Shown: one piece after another, positions 24,907 to 38,200 of the stretch
Layout of the letters: the number at the start of each line of letters is the position of its first letter
How positions within the stretch are numbered: position 1 is the stretch's first letter
NCBI RefSeq assembly: GCF_036588685.1
Contig: NC_086379.1
Span: 31,868,001 to 31,932,000, forward strand
From: Mytilus trossulus
Taxonomy: Eukaryota
Length of the DNA: 64,000 bases
Reading direction: 5' to 3'
Notes under the pieces: model-generated
What the model was told of the DNA's origin: nothing
Databases searched by the model: none
The model's input: the letters and a program-made list of their open reading frames with translations, nothing else
Position numbers and translations under genes: made by a program

Positions 24907-25695
24907 TTTCGATATGAGCGTCACTGATGAGTCTTATGTAGACGAAACGCGCGTCTGGCGTACTAAATGATAATCCTGGTACCTTTGATAACTATTTAAA
25001 CCACTGGGTCGATACCACTGCTGGTGAACGTTTCGTATCAGCAGCCCAGTAGTCAACATTTCGGTGTTGACATGAATATCAATAATGTGGTCATTTTTAT
25101 AAATTTCCTGTTTACAAAACTTTGAATTTTTCGAAAAACTAAGGATTTTCTTATTCCAGGCATAGATTACCTTAGCCGTATTTGGCACAACTTTTTGGAA
25201 TTTTGGATCATCAATGCTCATCAACTTTGTATTTGTTTGGCTTTTTAATATTTCGATATGAGCGTCACTGTAGAGTCTTATGTAGACGAAACGCGCGTCT
25301 GGTGTACTAAATTATAATCCTGGTACCTTTGATGACAATTTAAACCACTGGGTCGATGCCGCTGCTGGTGGTCGTTTCGTGCCCGAGGGTATCACCAGCC
25401 CAGTAGTCAACATTTCGGTGTTGACGACATGGATATCAATAATGTGGTCATTTTTATAAATTTCCTGTTTACAAAACTTTGATTTTTTCGAAAAACTAAG
25501 GATTTTCTTATTCCAGGCATAGATTACTTTAGCCGTATTTGGCACAACTTTTTGTAATTTTGGATCATCAATGCTCTTCAACTTTGTATTTGTTTGGATT
25601 TTTAATATTTCGATATGAGCGTCATTGATGAGTCTTATGTAGACGAAACACGCGTCTGGCGTACTAAATTATAATCCTGGTACCTTTGAAAACTA
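24907..25695 (+). mobile_element. Tandem non-LTR retrozyme-like array (~344-357-nt monomers delimited by hammerhead ribozymes)
   Basis: About 2.2 head-to-tail units, with hammerhead motifs starting at 24916, 25260 and 25617. Confidence 0.85.
24916..24963 (+). ncRNA. Minimal type-I hammerhead ribozyme (intact core)
   Basis: GCGUCA-CUGAUGA-GUCU(uaugu)AGAC-GAAA-CGCGCG-UC^-UGGCGU. Predicted cleavage is after 24955. Confidence 0.88.
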
Positions 25696-27436
25696 ATTAT
25701 TCCATCTGTTTGAAGTGTTTCAGCTTTTGAATTTACTGTTTGATAAAGGACTTTCCGATTTGAATTTTCCTTGGAGTTTGCATTGGCTTATTTTTTTATT
25801 CTGCGCCTATTATAATTTTGAATCCTCAGTTCTTATCAACATCTTAAATTATTTGACATTTTTAACTTTTTTTTTATTAGAGCGTCATTCACGGTCTCTT
25901 GTAGACGAAACACGTCCAGCGTTATTTGAATTCTGGTATCTAAGAAGAGATCTATTACTGATTTAGAATTTCTATGTTGGTGTTTTAATCACATAAACTA
26001 TTGATGAACTGGTAGGAATACCACGAAATATCATACATAAAAAAGTATATATATTTGTTCTTTGTGTTGTCCTTATTTTACTTCATAGTTTTAGCATTTT
26101 CACAAGGTAATAGTTATTACTATTGGCCGAAATGAGAATCAGGTAAAATACCTTGTCAGCCTCAATTTGAAATGAATGTTTAATCAGGTAAAATGCCTTG
26201 TCAGCCTTAATTTAAGATAATTGTCATTCAACGCAGTTGACCTTGTTTCATTTTAAAAGTCGGGAACATAGTAGGCAACAAGACTCGTTGGAGGTCTACT
26301 GGACAGGACTAGCTACATTGTTGTTATGCTTCGAGTTCTGCTAAAAGTCTAAATAGGACGGCACCTGGGTGATCATGGTACTGTATGCTCCCTTTATACA
26401 AGTCATGGTATGATGTTGTACGTTTCTATCAGCACAAATTATACTGTACTTTAAGCTCATTCTTTGAAAAAGTTACAACTGCAGAAAAAAGGTATTTGGA
26501 AGTGTTAACAAAGAGTATTGAAGGTGAGTATTTAAACTAATTACACCAATTACTTAAACTTTTGTTTACAACCTACTGAGACTTTCTGCTTAATGATAGT
26601 CTCAGATGGTTTTCTATATATAACATTGTAAAATCAATACTTTGAATGCCTATTGGGCAAACCATTTTTCTATTTCAATTTTGCATTTTACCTTTAAAAA
26701 GAAAGTCTTAAAAAATAGCAAACATGACTTTTTATTTTAGTTGATATGGTCTGAAACACTATTCAGCCCCTTTTAGGCATTAAACTAGGATTTTTAAACT
26801 ATTTTTTGCGTTTAAGGTAAAACCTATAGTAGATAAACAGAAATTTGAAAAAGAAAACAAATATCAGCAGGTTCTGACCTACCAAAAAGTCTCATATATG
26901 TCCTTTCATGAGTTATTGCCCTTATAAATTATAATGAAAAGTTTGTACTTTGATATGCATTTTTTTGGGTCAAAAACTGTAGAAGTGAGAGAATATTAGC
27001 AATGAAGCTAATGAAGCTAATCACCATAGCACAGAGTTTTATTCATGAATTATATTTCTAGTCATTTTGTTGGGGGAAGGCCATTGTTGAATATGCACAT
27101 AGACTGGGACCAGATGAGCTACACAACCTCTTTAGATTTTCTCAGTTTCTTTTCTGTTTTGTCTTTTCATTTTTGTGCCTTAATATGTATATGGACTTCA
27201 CATCAATATGATATCAGTTTGATTTCTAAAAATTCCATTATTTAACGTGACATATGCACTATTGAGTCACTCAAAGGGAAGTATATACTATTTTAAGACC
27301 AATTTATCACTGGATATGCTAATCTAGTTTTGTATATTCTTCCTTATATAATCATTGAATTTTTCTGTAAACCTTTTTGAACTTCCTTTTCAAAATAACT
27401 TTAATATAATATTACTTGTGCTTGCGTGTTTGCAGA

Positions 27437-30400
27437 ATGAAAGGGTTTGCCGTTTTCTGCTTGCTCGCTTCCCTGGTCTTTGTTTGGACAACATCATGTG
27501 CAGCTGAAGGTAAACAATAGATAATCTAAATACTGTTTTGTGGTATTTACAGCTGCGTTTCTCTTTTTTACGTCCGACTTTTGATGACTTGAATACGACA
27601 GTCGTTGTCTATTCGTTTGATGTGTTTTATCTTTTGATTTTGTCATTTGATAATGGACTTTCCGTTTTGAATTTTCATCGAAGTTCAGTATTTTTGTAAT
27701 TTTACATTTTGACATAAGATAAAAGGTAATAAAATCATATCAAAAGTAATGATTTATCATTAAGGAGACATTTGAACTTTAATCATATTCATGTCTCAGT
27801 TTCTAATAGAAATGTCTTTATTTTGCGTAGTTTTTTTCGGGGAAATTATTTAACATTAAAAAAAGATGCATTCATACTAAAAATCATAAAGGGTTATACG
27901 TTCTACAATTTCAGAACTGTGGATCTCGCTTACGTACTATTGCTGCCGTCAGTTTAAAAAAAAATTAATTGCCTTGGTATGATTGTAAAACTTTTTTGCT
28001 AATGACATGTTTCGTTAATGGACTGCGTTTAGTTTTAATCGTTTTCATGATTAAACTTGTCACAAATTATAAATTCACATATGTTCCAAGTAAAAAAACT
28101 ATTATAAATATATAAAAAAAAAATGTTCCAAAAATACAACACAAGATTTAGAATGGGCAAAGGTATTTCTCAACTAACTATATATATTAAAAACATGACT
28201 GAGTAGCTTAGGTGGACACAGTGTAGTTGTAGCTGTAACGAATGGGTCCACATTCCGCTGAAGGGAGGACACACATTTTGCGATAGCTCAAGCATAGTTG
28301 AGATAGATATTAGACAATATATTCCCCTCCAATATCAAATGGAGATTGTCAGTCGTAGAATTGTCAATATTTGTGTTGACATATATGCATAACGAGAAAG
28401 AGGGAGAGAAAACAACTATAACCAAGACCACAATGTTGAAGATGTTAACATTGATAGATTTTCAAATTTAGATCAACTTATATACTTGTGGTTACATAAT
28501 TTCACAAAATATACATACCTTCTGAAATATTTCAATTGAATAATTACAAAATCGTTTTAAAATTTGAAGGCAATGTGACAGAGAGTGCCTTGGACAGCTT
28601 TTTAGGTAAGTACATTTCGTGTAAGTCATAGAAACGGAATAGTTTCTGTAAACACAATAAACTTTAGTACGCCAGACGCGCGTTTCGTCTACATACATAA
28701 GACTCCTCAGTGACGCTCATAACAAAATATTTATTAAGCCAAACAGGTACAAAGTTGAAGAGCTTTGAGCAACAATTTATAAAAGTTAATCATTATAGGT
28801 CTATAGGTACGGCCTTCAACACGGAGACTTGGCTCACACCGAACAGCAAGCTATAAAGGGCCCAAACAATTACTAGTGTAAATCCATTCAAACGGGAAAA
28901 CTAACGGTCTAATCTATATAAAAAACGAGAAACACTTGTGAACCACACGAACAGACGACAACCACTGAACATCAGATTCAGTATACATTGTCAACGTTGC
29001 ACTGATAGGAACGTTCAAATAGTATGATATCGGTTCTCTTTGTGTAGCACGTATAGTTTTATCAATATAAAATATTAAAAGTAAATCGTATGACAAACTG
29101 TTACAAATCTTTTCCTTATATAATGATACATTGAAATATCATTTATCAATACCAGAAAATATTGTTTTATATTAAAAACTAGAATTTAATATGAAACATT
29201 CCCATTTTGTTCTAAAGATTGATAAATGAATATTTAGTATTAGAAAATAATTTTTAATATAAAAAATATGAATTATTAACACTGTATTTGTCTCAATATT
29301 TTCCTAAACTGTTATACGGAGTTACTTACCTCTCCCCCTTCCCTGCATTTATAAAAATAATAATCTAAGGGCTCATTTTCATAAACTGAAAATTCATGTT
29401 TAACTTTTTTTTCTGTTTTCAATGCAACGGAAAATCTATAAAAGCAAATTTAGTTTCTACAAAAGAACTATCGACAGAATTAGTCATATATGCCTCCATA
29501 ACCAAATATTACTTTGTTTGCACTCTGCTTTGTCTTTGTGAGGGCAACCCTTATAAAACAAAAATTAAATATGGCTTATATAATTACTAACTATGTACAG
29601 TGACTTTTTTTTTAGAAAAAACTCTTTATTTGTAGAAAATTTGAAAGACCACACATCTAATGTGTTGAAATTTGAGCCTAGACCTGTTGCAGGGACTTGC
29701 CGCTGTGTTAATGCTTCTTGTGGATGTTGTCAGACATTGTCCATTGCAAAATTACATATAAAGAAAGAAGGTAAGGATTAGCAAGGTGATATATCACCTT
29801 ATCATGTACACTTGTGTAAATGAGTACGTTATTGGGTCCTTCTTCACTTTGCATCAGCAAAATAGGCACTATTTGGCACTAGAGGAATTTATATTTTAAA
29901 AAGACTGTTTTATTTTCGTAGAAAAAAACGTTTCTCATTGTACGAAAATTGTGGCTTTTAAGAACCAAATACCTTGACATTTAAAATGAAGCAGCATCAC
30001 AGTAAAAACCTGCTGTACTAGCTATATTTACACCAAACAAAATATGGAGCTTTACTACAACTATTCTGAAAAACCGATGTGACTTTCTCATTTAACTAAA
30101 TTTATTTTGTTCTTGTCGTTAAAATGAAATTATAGGAAGAAGACCTGTTGATTTTAATATTAAAAGAAATGAAACTGTTTTCTAAAAGGACATGGTTTTA
30201 TAATTATTTATACACATATCAATTGAACCATATTTCTCACCATGATGAGGAAAATTAAAAAAAAATAATAGTTAAGATTGTATTTGTCATTTTGAAAATT
30301 GATATGAATGTCTTTATTTTCCTATATAAAAGTTTTCCACAAAGCATGCACGCCATCATAATCATAATCATTACCACTCATTACCGTTCTACCATGATAA

Positions 30401-31682
30401 AAATTATTATTCTATGGTCGCATTTCTAGTTCGCTGATTAAGTATAAAGTTTCATTTCTCTCAGTCTAAATAAATATACGCAGAATAAAGGCAACAGTAC
30501 TATACCGCAGTTCAAGGGTCTAAACTTGATTTAAGCAAAAACTGAGGGAATCACATCAACTATAAAGGGATAAAACGTAACAACCGGGAATAACCAACAA
30601 CGGAAACACTGAACTGCACAAAAAAAACCGCCAACATACCTAGGGACGTACTGTTTAATAACAACTGCCATGTTAACTGATTTTCACAGATCTTAAACAT
30701 TTTAAATGAAAACATTTTTTTTTTCATTTTTAGAAACAAGATCATATAAACTTTAAAGTTTAATATTTGTTGGATTTCCAAAATAACTATCCAACCAGTA
30801 TTTTGCGATTCAATGCTAGCACGATTTAAATTTAAATATCCCGTTCATATATAAACTAATTGTATTTCAAGTTAATTCTTTAGTTTTTGTATTCTACAAA
30901 ATGTTGCCATCGTTAACTGAAATGATTGCCATTAGTTTATCTACACAATTCTACAATAACACTTCTGTAATTCATTTTAGTTTGCATCAATGTTAAGTAT
31001 CTGAAGAAAGAGATTGGATTCCTTTTGACCGTCACTTTAGATGGAAAATCCATAATAAACAAAGAGGTGTCAGGTACGTCTATCAACTGTTTATGTATCT
31101 GGTTTTTTTTATATTAAATATAATAAAGGATTTATTAACCTTTCATTCTTTTATTAACATATAAGAGAAAGAGAGGATGAGAGAGTTTTTCTAGAAATAA
31201 TAAGAAATTGACCGAAATCATAAAATTTATTTGATATATGTTTCCTATGAATTTATATTAATCGTTTTTTATTTTTACTTTAAACAGTCCAAAATCCACC
31301 ACCGATCTGTCTCAAAGTTCCTCTCGTGAAAAAGCTGAAGAAACTTGCTAGCATATGTATTGAGTTTTCCGAAGTACATGTTGGGAAAGATGGCTTATCC
31401 GGATGTTCTGAGCTTACTGTACACTTTGTGTTTATCAAAGTGTTAAAGTTAAAAATGGGATGCTTCAGAATTCCATTCTCTGAGTACGAACTAAATATAA
31501 TTCAACAACAAGGAGTTGAATATTTGATACCAGGCATTGACCAGTCAAAGGGATCAAAAACTAAGAAAATGGTTAAATCCAACAGTATTCTCTTCCAAAA
31601 TAGTGATGGATGGAACACCATGTTATATGAAAGAAAGTCTGATTACTATAGTTTGTATATTACATGCTCATTCAATGTTTAA
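27437..31682 (+). CDS. Secreted Cys-rich DUF4773-like protein A (signal peptide + 1 domain, ~231 aa)
   Basis: Exons 27437-27509 (MKGFAVFCLLASLVFVWTTSCAAE), 29636-29770 (CRCVNASCGCC), 30981-31073 (VCINVKY..VTLDGK..KEVS) and 31288-31682 (NPPPIC..C..GC..MGCF). All introns are phase 1. Confidence 0.8.
28667..28718 (-). ncRNA. Minimal type-I hammerhead ribozyme, family 1
   Basis: Reverse strand reads GCGUCA-CUGAGGA-GUCU..AGAC-GAAA-CGCGCG-UC-UGGCGU. Confidence 0.8.
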
Positions 31683-32240
31683 TTTACAATATCAAGTGTG
31701 TCTGTACATTTGTACTCACAATTAACAATACCTGCCCCACTCGGACTAATCTTTATGGTATATAGTTTTTCATTTCATTATTTTGTTACTGCAATCAACC
31801 ATATGGCTAATAACTTTGAAGATAAGCTGAAATGTTAAACTTTTACTCACAGATTGTCCAAACGTATGGCAATTTGAAATGAGCAATTTGGAACTTTTGT
31901 TATTTTGAAAAACGTTTTATTGTTTGATTAAAGTGTATACTGCATCCCATTTTATTCTATATATCTACATAACATGTCTATTTTAAGTAAATACCTAAGT
32001 CCAAATTTCATTTTCGTTAATTCTAACAAATTGTTTTCTGAAATTACTTTTTAAAAAGTAAAACAATTTTTATCCAAAACATTTCCTTGTTCTACAATAT
32101 CACGCATGCAGATGTTTTTGACTAACAACAGGAAATTATCCATTAAATGGACTATAATAAGATATACAATGATTGACAACTTCCTATTTGCACAATAGTG
32201 CAATTGACTAAAGGAAGAATATGAATTTCCTTTTCATTAA

Positions 32241-32276
32241 ATAAATAGCTTGGGAACAGAGTTCGCACTCTCAGTT
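32241..32276 (+). promoter_or_regulatory. Putative TATA-like + Inr core promoter of DUF4773-like gene B
   Basis: TAAATA at 32242 and TCAGTT at 32271 are ~30 nt apart, 20 nt upstream of ATG 32296. Confidence 0.5.
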
Positions 32277-32295
32277 ATAAGGTTTAGGTCGAACG

Positions 32296-35200
32296 ATGAA
32301 GACCTTGGCTGTTCTTTGGGTCACTTTATTATTGTTGGTGGATCTATCCTTTTGTCTAGGTTTGTTCAAATTTATTCATTTAGAAGAGGATTCAAATGTC
32401 AACTTGAAAAATCATCTGAAACTTTAGATAATTTATTTACGGAAAACTAAATGGTTGCCTGAATACATATCATATTTTCAATATACAAGAATTTAAAAGA
32501 ACTTTATCATTTACAATTTATAATCGCATAACAACAATTTAAAAAAAACCATTTTACATGAGTCTTGATTCAGATTTTTTTTTAAAGTTTTACCAGAAGC
32601 TCAGCCAGCAGAAGAAATATATATTGGTGACGATCTATCTATTGGTGATGAAATAGTAGCTACAGAAGATGGATGCCATTGCAGCGGGCAAAGTTGCAAT
32701 TGTTGCAAAACGGTGACCCTGAAATTAATTTCATTGACTAAACAAGGTACTTGAATATTTACCCCTTAAAGGAATAGCACACACGCCCGCACACAACGCC
32801 CAATTTTCTGCGAAATAAAAAAAATGTAATAAGATCAGTTGAAATAAAAAAAAAAGTAAAATACCGATAATACCGAAAAATTAAAAACGGACAGTCCCTT
32901 GTTATGGCAAAATCAAAATCTTAAACATATCAAACGAATGGAGAACAGCTGTCATATTCAGGATTTGGTAAGTCTTTAACCTATAGCTATATGTAGAAAA
33001 TGTTGGATTAAACCTGGCTTTAAAACTTACTACATCTTCACCTAAAACACCTAAATCACCTAATGATAGAAAACCTTTCATACAAGCAAGTGACAGACTG
33101 ATATAGTTTCATAACATTTAAAGTTATATACAATAACTGATAATTTTGTTCTTTCTTTAGTATGTGCCAACCTTGTATTTGACCAACAGGGTCTGGGATT
33201 TGAACTCCAGCTTTCGATTGACGGAAAGGTAGTCCTTCGTCATAAAGTTGAAGGTGAGTTATAAAGCTTTAACATAATTTAAAATTGAGAATGGAAATGG
33301 GGAATGTGTCAAAGAGACAACAACCCGACCAAATAAAAAAACACAACAGCAGAAGGTCACCAACAGGTCTTCAATGTAGCGAGAAATTCCCGCACCCAGA
33401 GGCGTCCTTCAGCTGGCCCCTAAACAAATATATACTAGTTCAGTGATTATGAACGCCATACTAATTTCCAAATTGTACACAAGAAACTAAAATTGAAATA
33501 ATACAAGACTAACAAAGACCAGAGGCTCCTGACTTGGGACAGGCGCAAAAATGCGGCGGGGTTAAACATGTTTGTGAGATCTCAACCCTCCTCCTATACC
33601 TCTAACCAATGTTATTATTTCTAATTCGAAAAATTAACGACAATATGAAACAGAAAAACATGTATGTACAAATATTGTAAAACTATAACGATTCTTTGTT
33701 TATTTGTATGTATATCGATTTGTTTTACTGTTTTTCTTTTTGTTTCTTTTTTTTATTATTCTATTCGAGAACTTTGTCTTCATTATATATGTATCCTGTA
33801 GTTGGTGTGGCTACATATTTTGAAGGAATTCGATGTTTGGTGTATCACGGTAGACTTAAATGTACTTTTTGACAATATAACTGAATGAATATGTTATGCA
33901 TCCGTGTATTAATTATTGGTATATGAACGCTTTAGTAAGGCGAATTTGCTGAATAAAGTCACTAAGTTCGTTTTCTTTCGAAGCTTAAACTTTTTATTTC
34001 TACCAAAACGCTAATAAGACATCGGAAATGCTGGCAGATAGGTTTTAGTAATTCAAAAAACATTTTGGTTAATGATTCTTTGATCGCAATTACAGAAAAT
34101 ATTATGTTCTCCCTGCTCAATTAGTCACTAATTTTTATTTTCACATTAATCTATTATTGAATGGAATCTTACGAAATTTGGTTGGTTGAAGTTATTATTG
34201 CTTCATTTTTACCTGTTTATCTTTTGAAATTCCTGCGTGTATTATGCCAGAGTGTGAAATCTAATCATGTAACATTTATTGTAAATAAAGACAGTGATGA
34301 CAGCTCTGAAGTTCGAAATGATTTAAGAAATATTATTTTTATAGTGACATTTGTATGTTCACTGTAAAAAATATATTTGTTATTTGTTCTATCCTCATTT
34401 TGTCACCAACTTTTTTTCATGATTTACGCCGGTTTAAAATGGAATTTAGAATCGAATTATAAGAAATAACTGTAATATTTCGTCTGTCTATTCGGAATGA
34501 CATAAAAAAAAATGCGGTGCACACTGTTAAATAACACGCTACGTAGACAGAAAAAATGTTAAATCATTTCTTAAACAATGTATAAGTCGAAAATATTTCC
34601 CCTATGATATATGTAAAAATTTGCATTTTTTAAGTGTCTATGTGGTATGGGCTGTTTTGAATGTGCAAGACCGTACAGTGACATATACTTGTTAATTTCT
34701 GTGTCATTTTGGTCTCTTGTGGAGAGTTGTCTCATTGTTATTAATACCGCGTCTTCTTATCTCAATAAAAGTTTATAATGTAAAATAAGTCTGAATTTGA
34801 TAAAAACAAATCTAAAAAAATAAAACCTTTAGAATACAATTTGTCTTCAAAACGAACAACTTGATGTTTGAACCAAACAGGTTAATTAGCATTTTCAGAG
34901 TTCATATTATTGTTATTAATAAAAACAAGGGATTTTGAAAGTTTTGTTTTGCCAGTTCTTACTTTTTTTACAACATTGTCATAATACAGAAAATTTGTAC
35001 AAGCACTTCTGAAAAAGTATTTTTAGTCTCATTTTGCTGATATCATTAATATTAAACCAACACAGAAGAAGTGAGTAAAACAAAGACCGATCTGCGTTGA
35101 AAGTCAATTTGATAGTTTAAAATCAAGATCAGTCTAAATCACAGATTCTTACCAGCACTGTCACAATGTATGCTACTTCGCTTTAATTTTAATTTGTATA

Positions 35201-38200
35201 ATTGCCTTTGTAAAATTGAGAATGGAAATGGGGAATGTGTCAAAGAGACAACAACCCGACTAAATCAAAAAACAACAGCAGAAGGTCACCAACAGGTCTT
35301 CAATTTAGCGAGAAATTCCCGCACCCGGAGGCGTCCTTCAGCTGGCCCCTAAACAAATATATACTAGTTCAGTGATAATGAACGCCGTACTAATTTCCAA
35401 ATTGTATACAAGAAACTAAAATTAAAAGACTAACAAAGGCCAGAGGCTCCTGACTTGGGACAGACGCAAAAATGCGGCGGGGTTAAACATGTTTGTGAGA
35501 TCTCAACCCTCCCCCTATACCTCTAACCAATGTAGAGGAGTAAACGCATAACAATACGCACATCAAAATTCAGTTCAAGAGAAGTCCGAGTCTGATGTCA
35601 GAAGATGTAACCAAAGAAACGTTAGGGGTTCAATATCATAACATCGTAACACATATGAGAAGAAAATAACCCGTGTCATGCCAACAACTGTTTTAAGAAT
35701 AAATGTGTTTAGTTCCGATGCAAAGACCTTATCAGTGACTCAATATTAATGCCAAAATATGCAATATTTAATGACTTGACAACAGTATCGTAATTATATC
35801 CCTTCTCAATAAGTCTATTCAAAGGTATTGTAAGTTTCTGAGGTGAATACTGACACCTTTGTGCTTTATAAAGAATATTTCCATAAAAAATTGGATGTGA
35901 AATACCTGAACGTATAAGAAGTCTGCATGTTGAGCTATATTTACGAATGATGTCTTTATACCGATGATAAAATTTGGTAAAAGTTTTGACTAGTTTGTGA
36001 TATCAAAAACCCTGGTGTAATAATTTTTCAGTAATACATAAATTTCTCTCGTTAAAATCTAAAACATTGTTACATACACGAGCGAATAGCACAAGTTGAG
36101 ATATATAAACACCGTAAGATGGTGACAAGGGAACGTCACCATCTAAAAACGGATAATTAACGATAGGAAATGAAAAATCATCCCTTTTATCATAAATTTT
36201 AGTAACAGCTTTCCGTTAGTGATATAGATATCAAGATCGAGGAAAGGGCAGTGGTCATTGTTAGTATTAGCTTTATTTAAAGTAAGTTCAACAGGATATA
36301 TTTCATTAATATACATACTGAAGTCGTCATTATTGAGAGCCAAAATATCATCCAAATATCTAAAAGTATTATTAAATTTGTTTATCAGAAGTTGTTTCGA
36401 TGGGTCTTCGCATATTTTTGTCATAAATTGTATCTCATAACAATACAAAAACAGGTCCGCAATAAGTGGTGCACAGTTAGTCCCCATTGGAATTCCGATA
36501 ATCTGACGATATACGGAATCCCTAAAGCGAACAAAAATGTTATCTAGTAAAAATTCAAGGGCATATATAGTATCAAAGCATGTCCAATTAACATAGTTTT
36601 TTTGTTTATTGCTACTAAAAAATGACCTAAAAGAGTTCGAACATATATATTCACATTCTGATTTTTTGAATGCCCATTTAATTAGGTGTGTGAATTTTTT
36701 CTTAATGAGAATGTGAGGCAATGTGGTATACAGGGTAGAAAAATCAAACTTTGAACAGATTCAAAATCACCAATATAAGAATGCAATTTATCAAGTACTT
36801 CCAACGAGTTCTTGACACTCCAAAAGTAATTTATTCCACTATTTTCGAAGGCTTTATTTGAACAATTTATTATCAGGTTTTTAATTGTACCAAGTGTGCT
36901 GGTAAGAAGAATAGACAATTTAGTAGTTGAACAATGGCTTGAAGACGAAATAAATCTATATTTGTAAGGGGTTTTGTGTAGCTTCGGAAGCCAATACATA
37001 GTTGGGACTTTCATTGTATTTGATTCTGCTTGTAAAGCGGTGGCTAAAAGATTATGTTTGTTACAGATTTCGTTTTCTGAAAATGGAGTCAGTTGGAATG
37101 TTGATGATTTGGTGATTTCCTTTTTCAGAACCTCAATGTAAACTTTACGTCAAACAATAATAATATTATTAGCAGCTTTATCGGCCGGAACAAAAACAAA
37201 TTCCTTGTCTAGTTCTTTTAGTTTATGTTTGATACGAGAAATGGGTTTATTGTGGTTATTGTTAATAGTAAAATGTTCTTTAAAATGTTGAATACGTATA
37301 TCAACTATCTTCATTACTGAATTAAAAAAAGAGTCCAAAGATTTTTTGTCAGCTTTTTCCCGTTTTATCCATTTCATACAGTAAGTATGGAGTGAGTCGT
37401 GGATGATATTACGACACTCATTCCAATTAATAATTGACGGGGGACGATATTTAGGTCCTTTACAGAGGAATGATTTTAACTCTCGGTCTTGAACGATGTT
37501 AAGATCCCCTGTTTTAACATTAGTGAACATACGGGCGGTGTTCATAGGGGGACAGTTAACACCAAGTCTTTACACGCTAAAAGTATTCAGTAACTCTTGA
37601 AGAAGGAGTATCAACTTCTGCGCATTGCTGATATTGTGTCAATTGAAAAAGAAAGATATCAACATTGGCCAACAACCTCATAACAATTAGAGGCAACAAT
37701 ACCTAGCGATGTTATAATTTCATAAATTACTTCAATTCAAAAATTACAAATCAAGGTAAATACAAAATATAAAGGGAGCAATACCTTATCAGTGTAAGCC
37801 TCTATGGCTATGATATCACCATAATACTACATAATTTTTATTCTCTTCTCAATAGAAAAAATGTTGCTTGATAATTTTTTTCAATCAATTTTGCTCTTCA
37901 GCAAAGAATCCATCACCTGTTTGTGTAGAGATTCCACTGCATGGAATGCAAATCAAAGCTTGTATTGAATTCACGAACTTGAAAGTGAGCACCACAGCCA
38001 TGTCTGGATGTCTGGATCTTAGCGCAAAGATGAAGCGAGAATACAAGTTCCAACTTGGATGCTTCAAAATCCCTCCTACAGGTATGACAGTAAAACAGTT
38101 TCTCTAATATTTATATGTTATTCAAAAATAATAGAGAGCTGGTGTTATTTGAATCTTAAGATTACGCTTAGCTTGTTTCGAAAAAAATATGTAGGTTACA

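Noticed and set aside
24934-25581. Duplicated 96/89-aa minus-strand ORFs
   Set aside because: They are antisense readings of the retrozyme monomers with no protein features, and their frames diverge between copies.
31288-32746. One three-domain DUF4773 gene, or alternative splicing from a shared signal exon
   Set aside because: Exon 31288 has no good phase-1 donor after GCF and runs to a stop. A separate signal-peptide exon with TATA/Inr exists at 32296.
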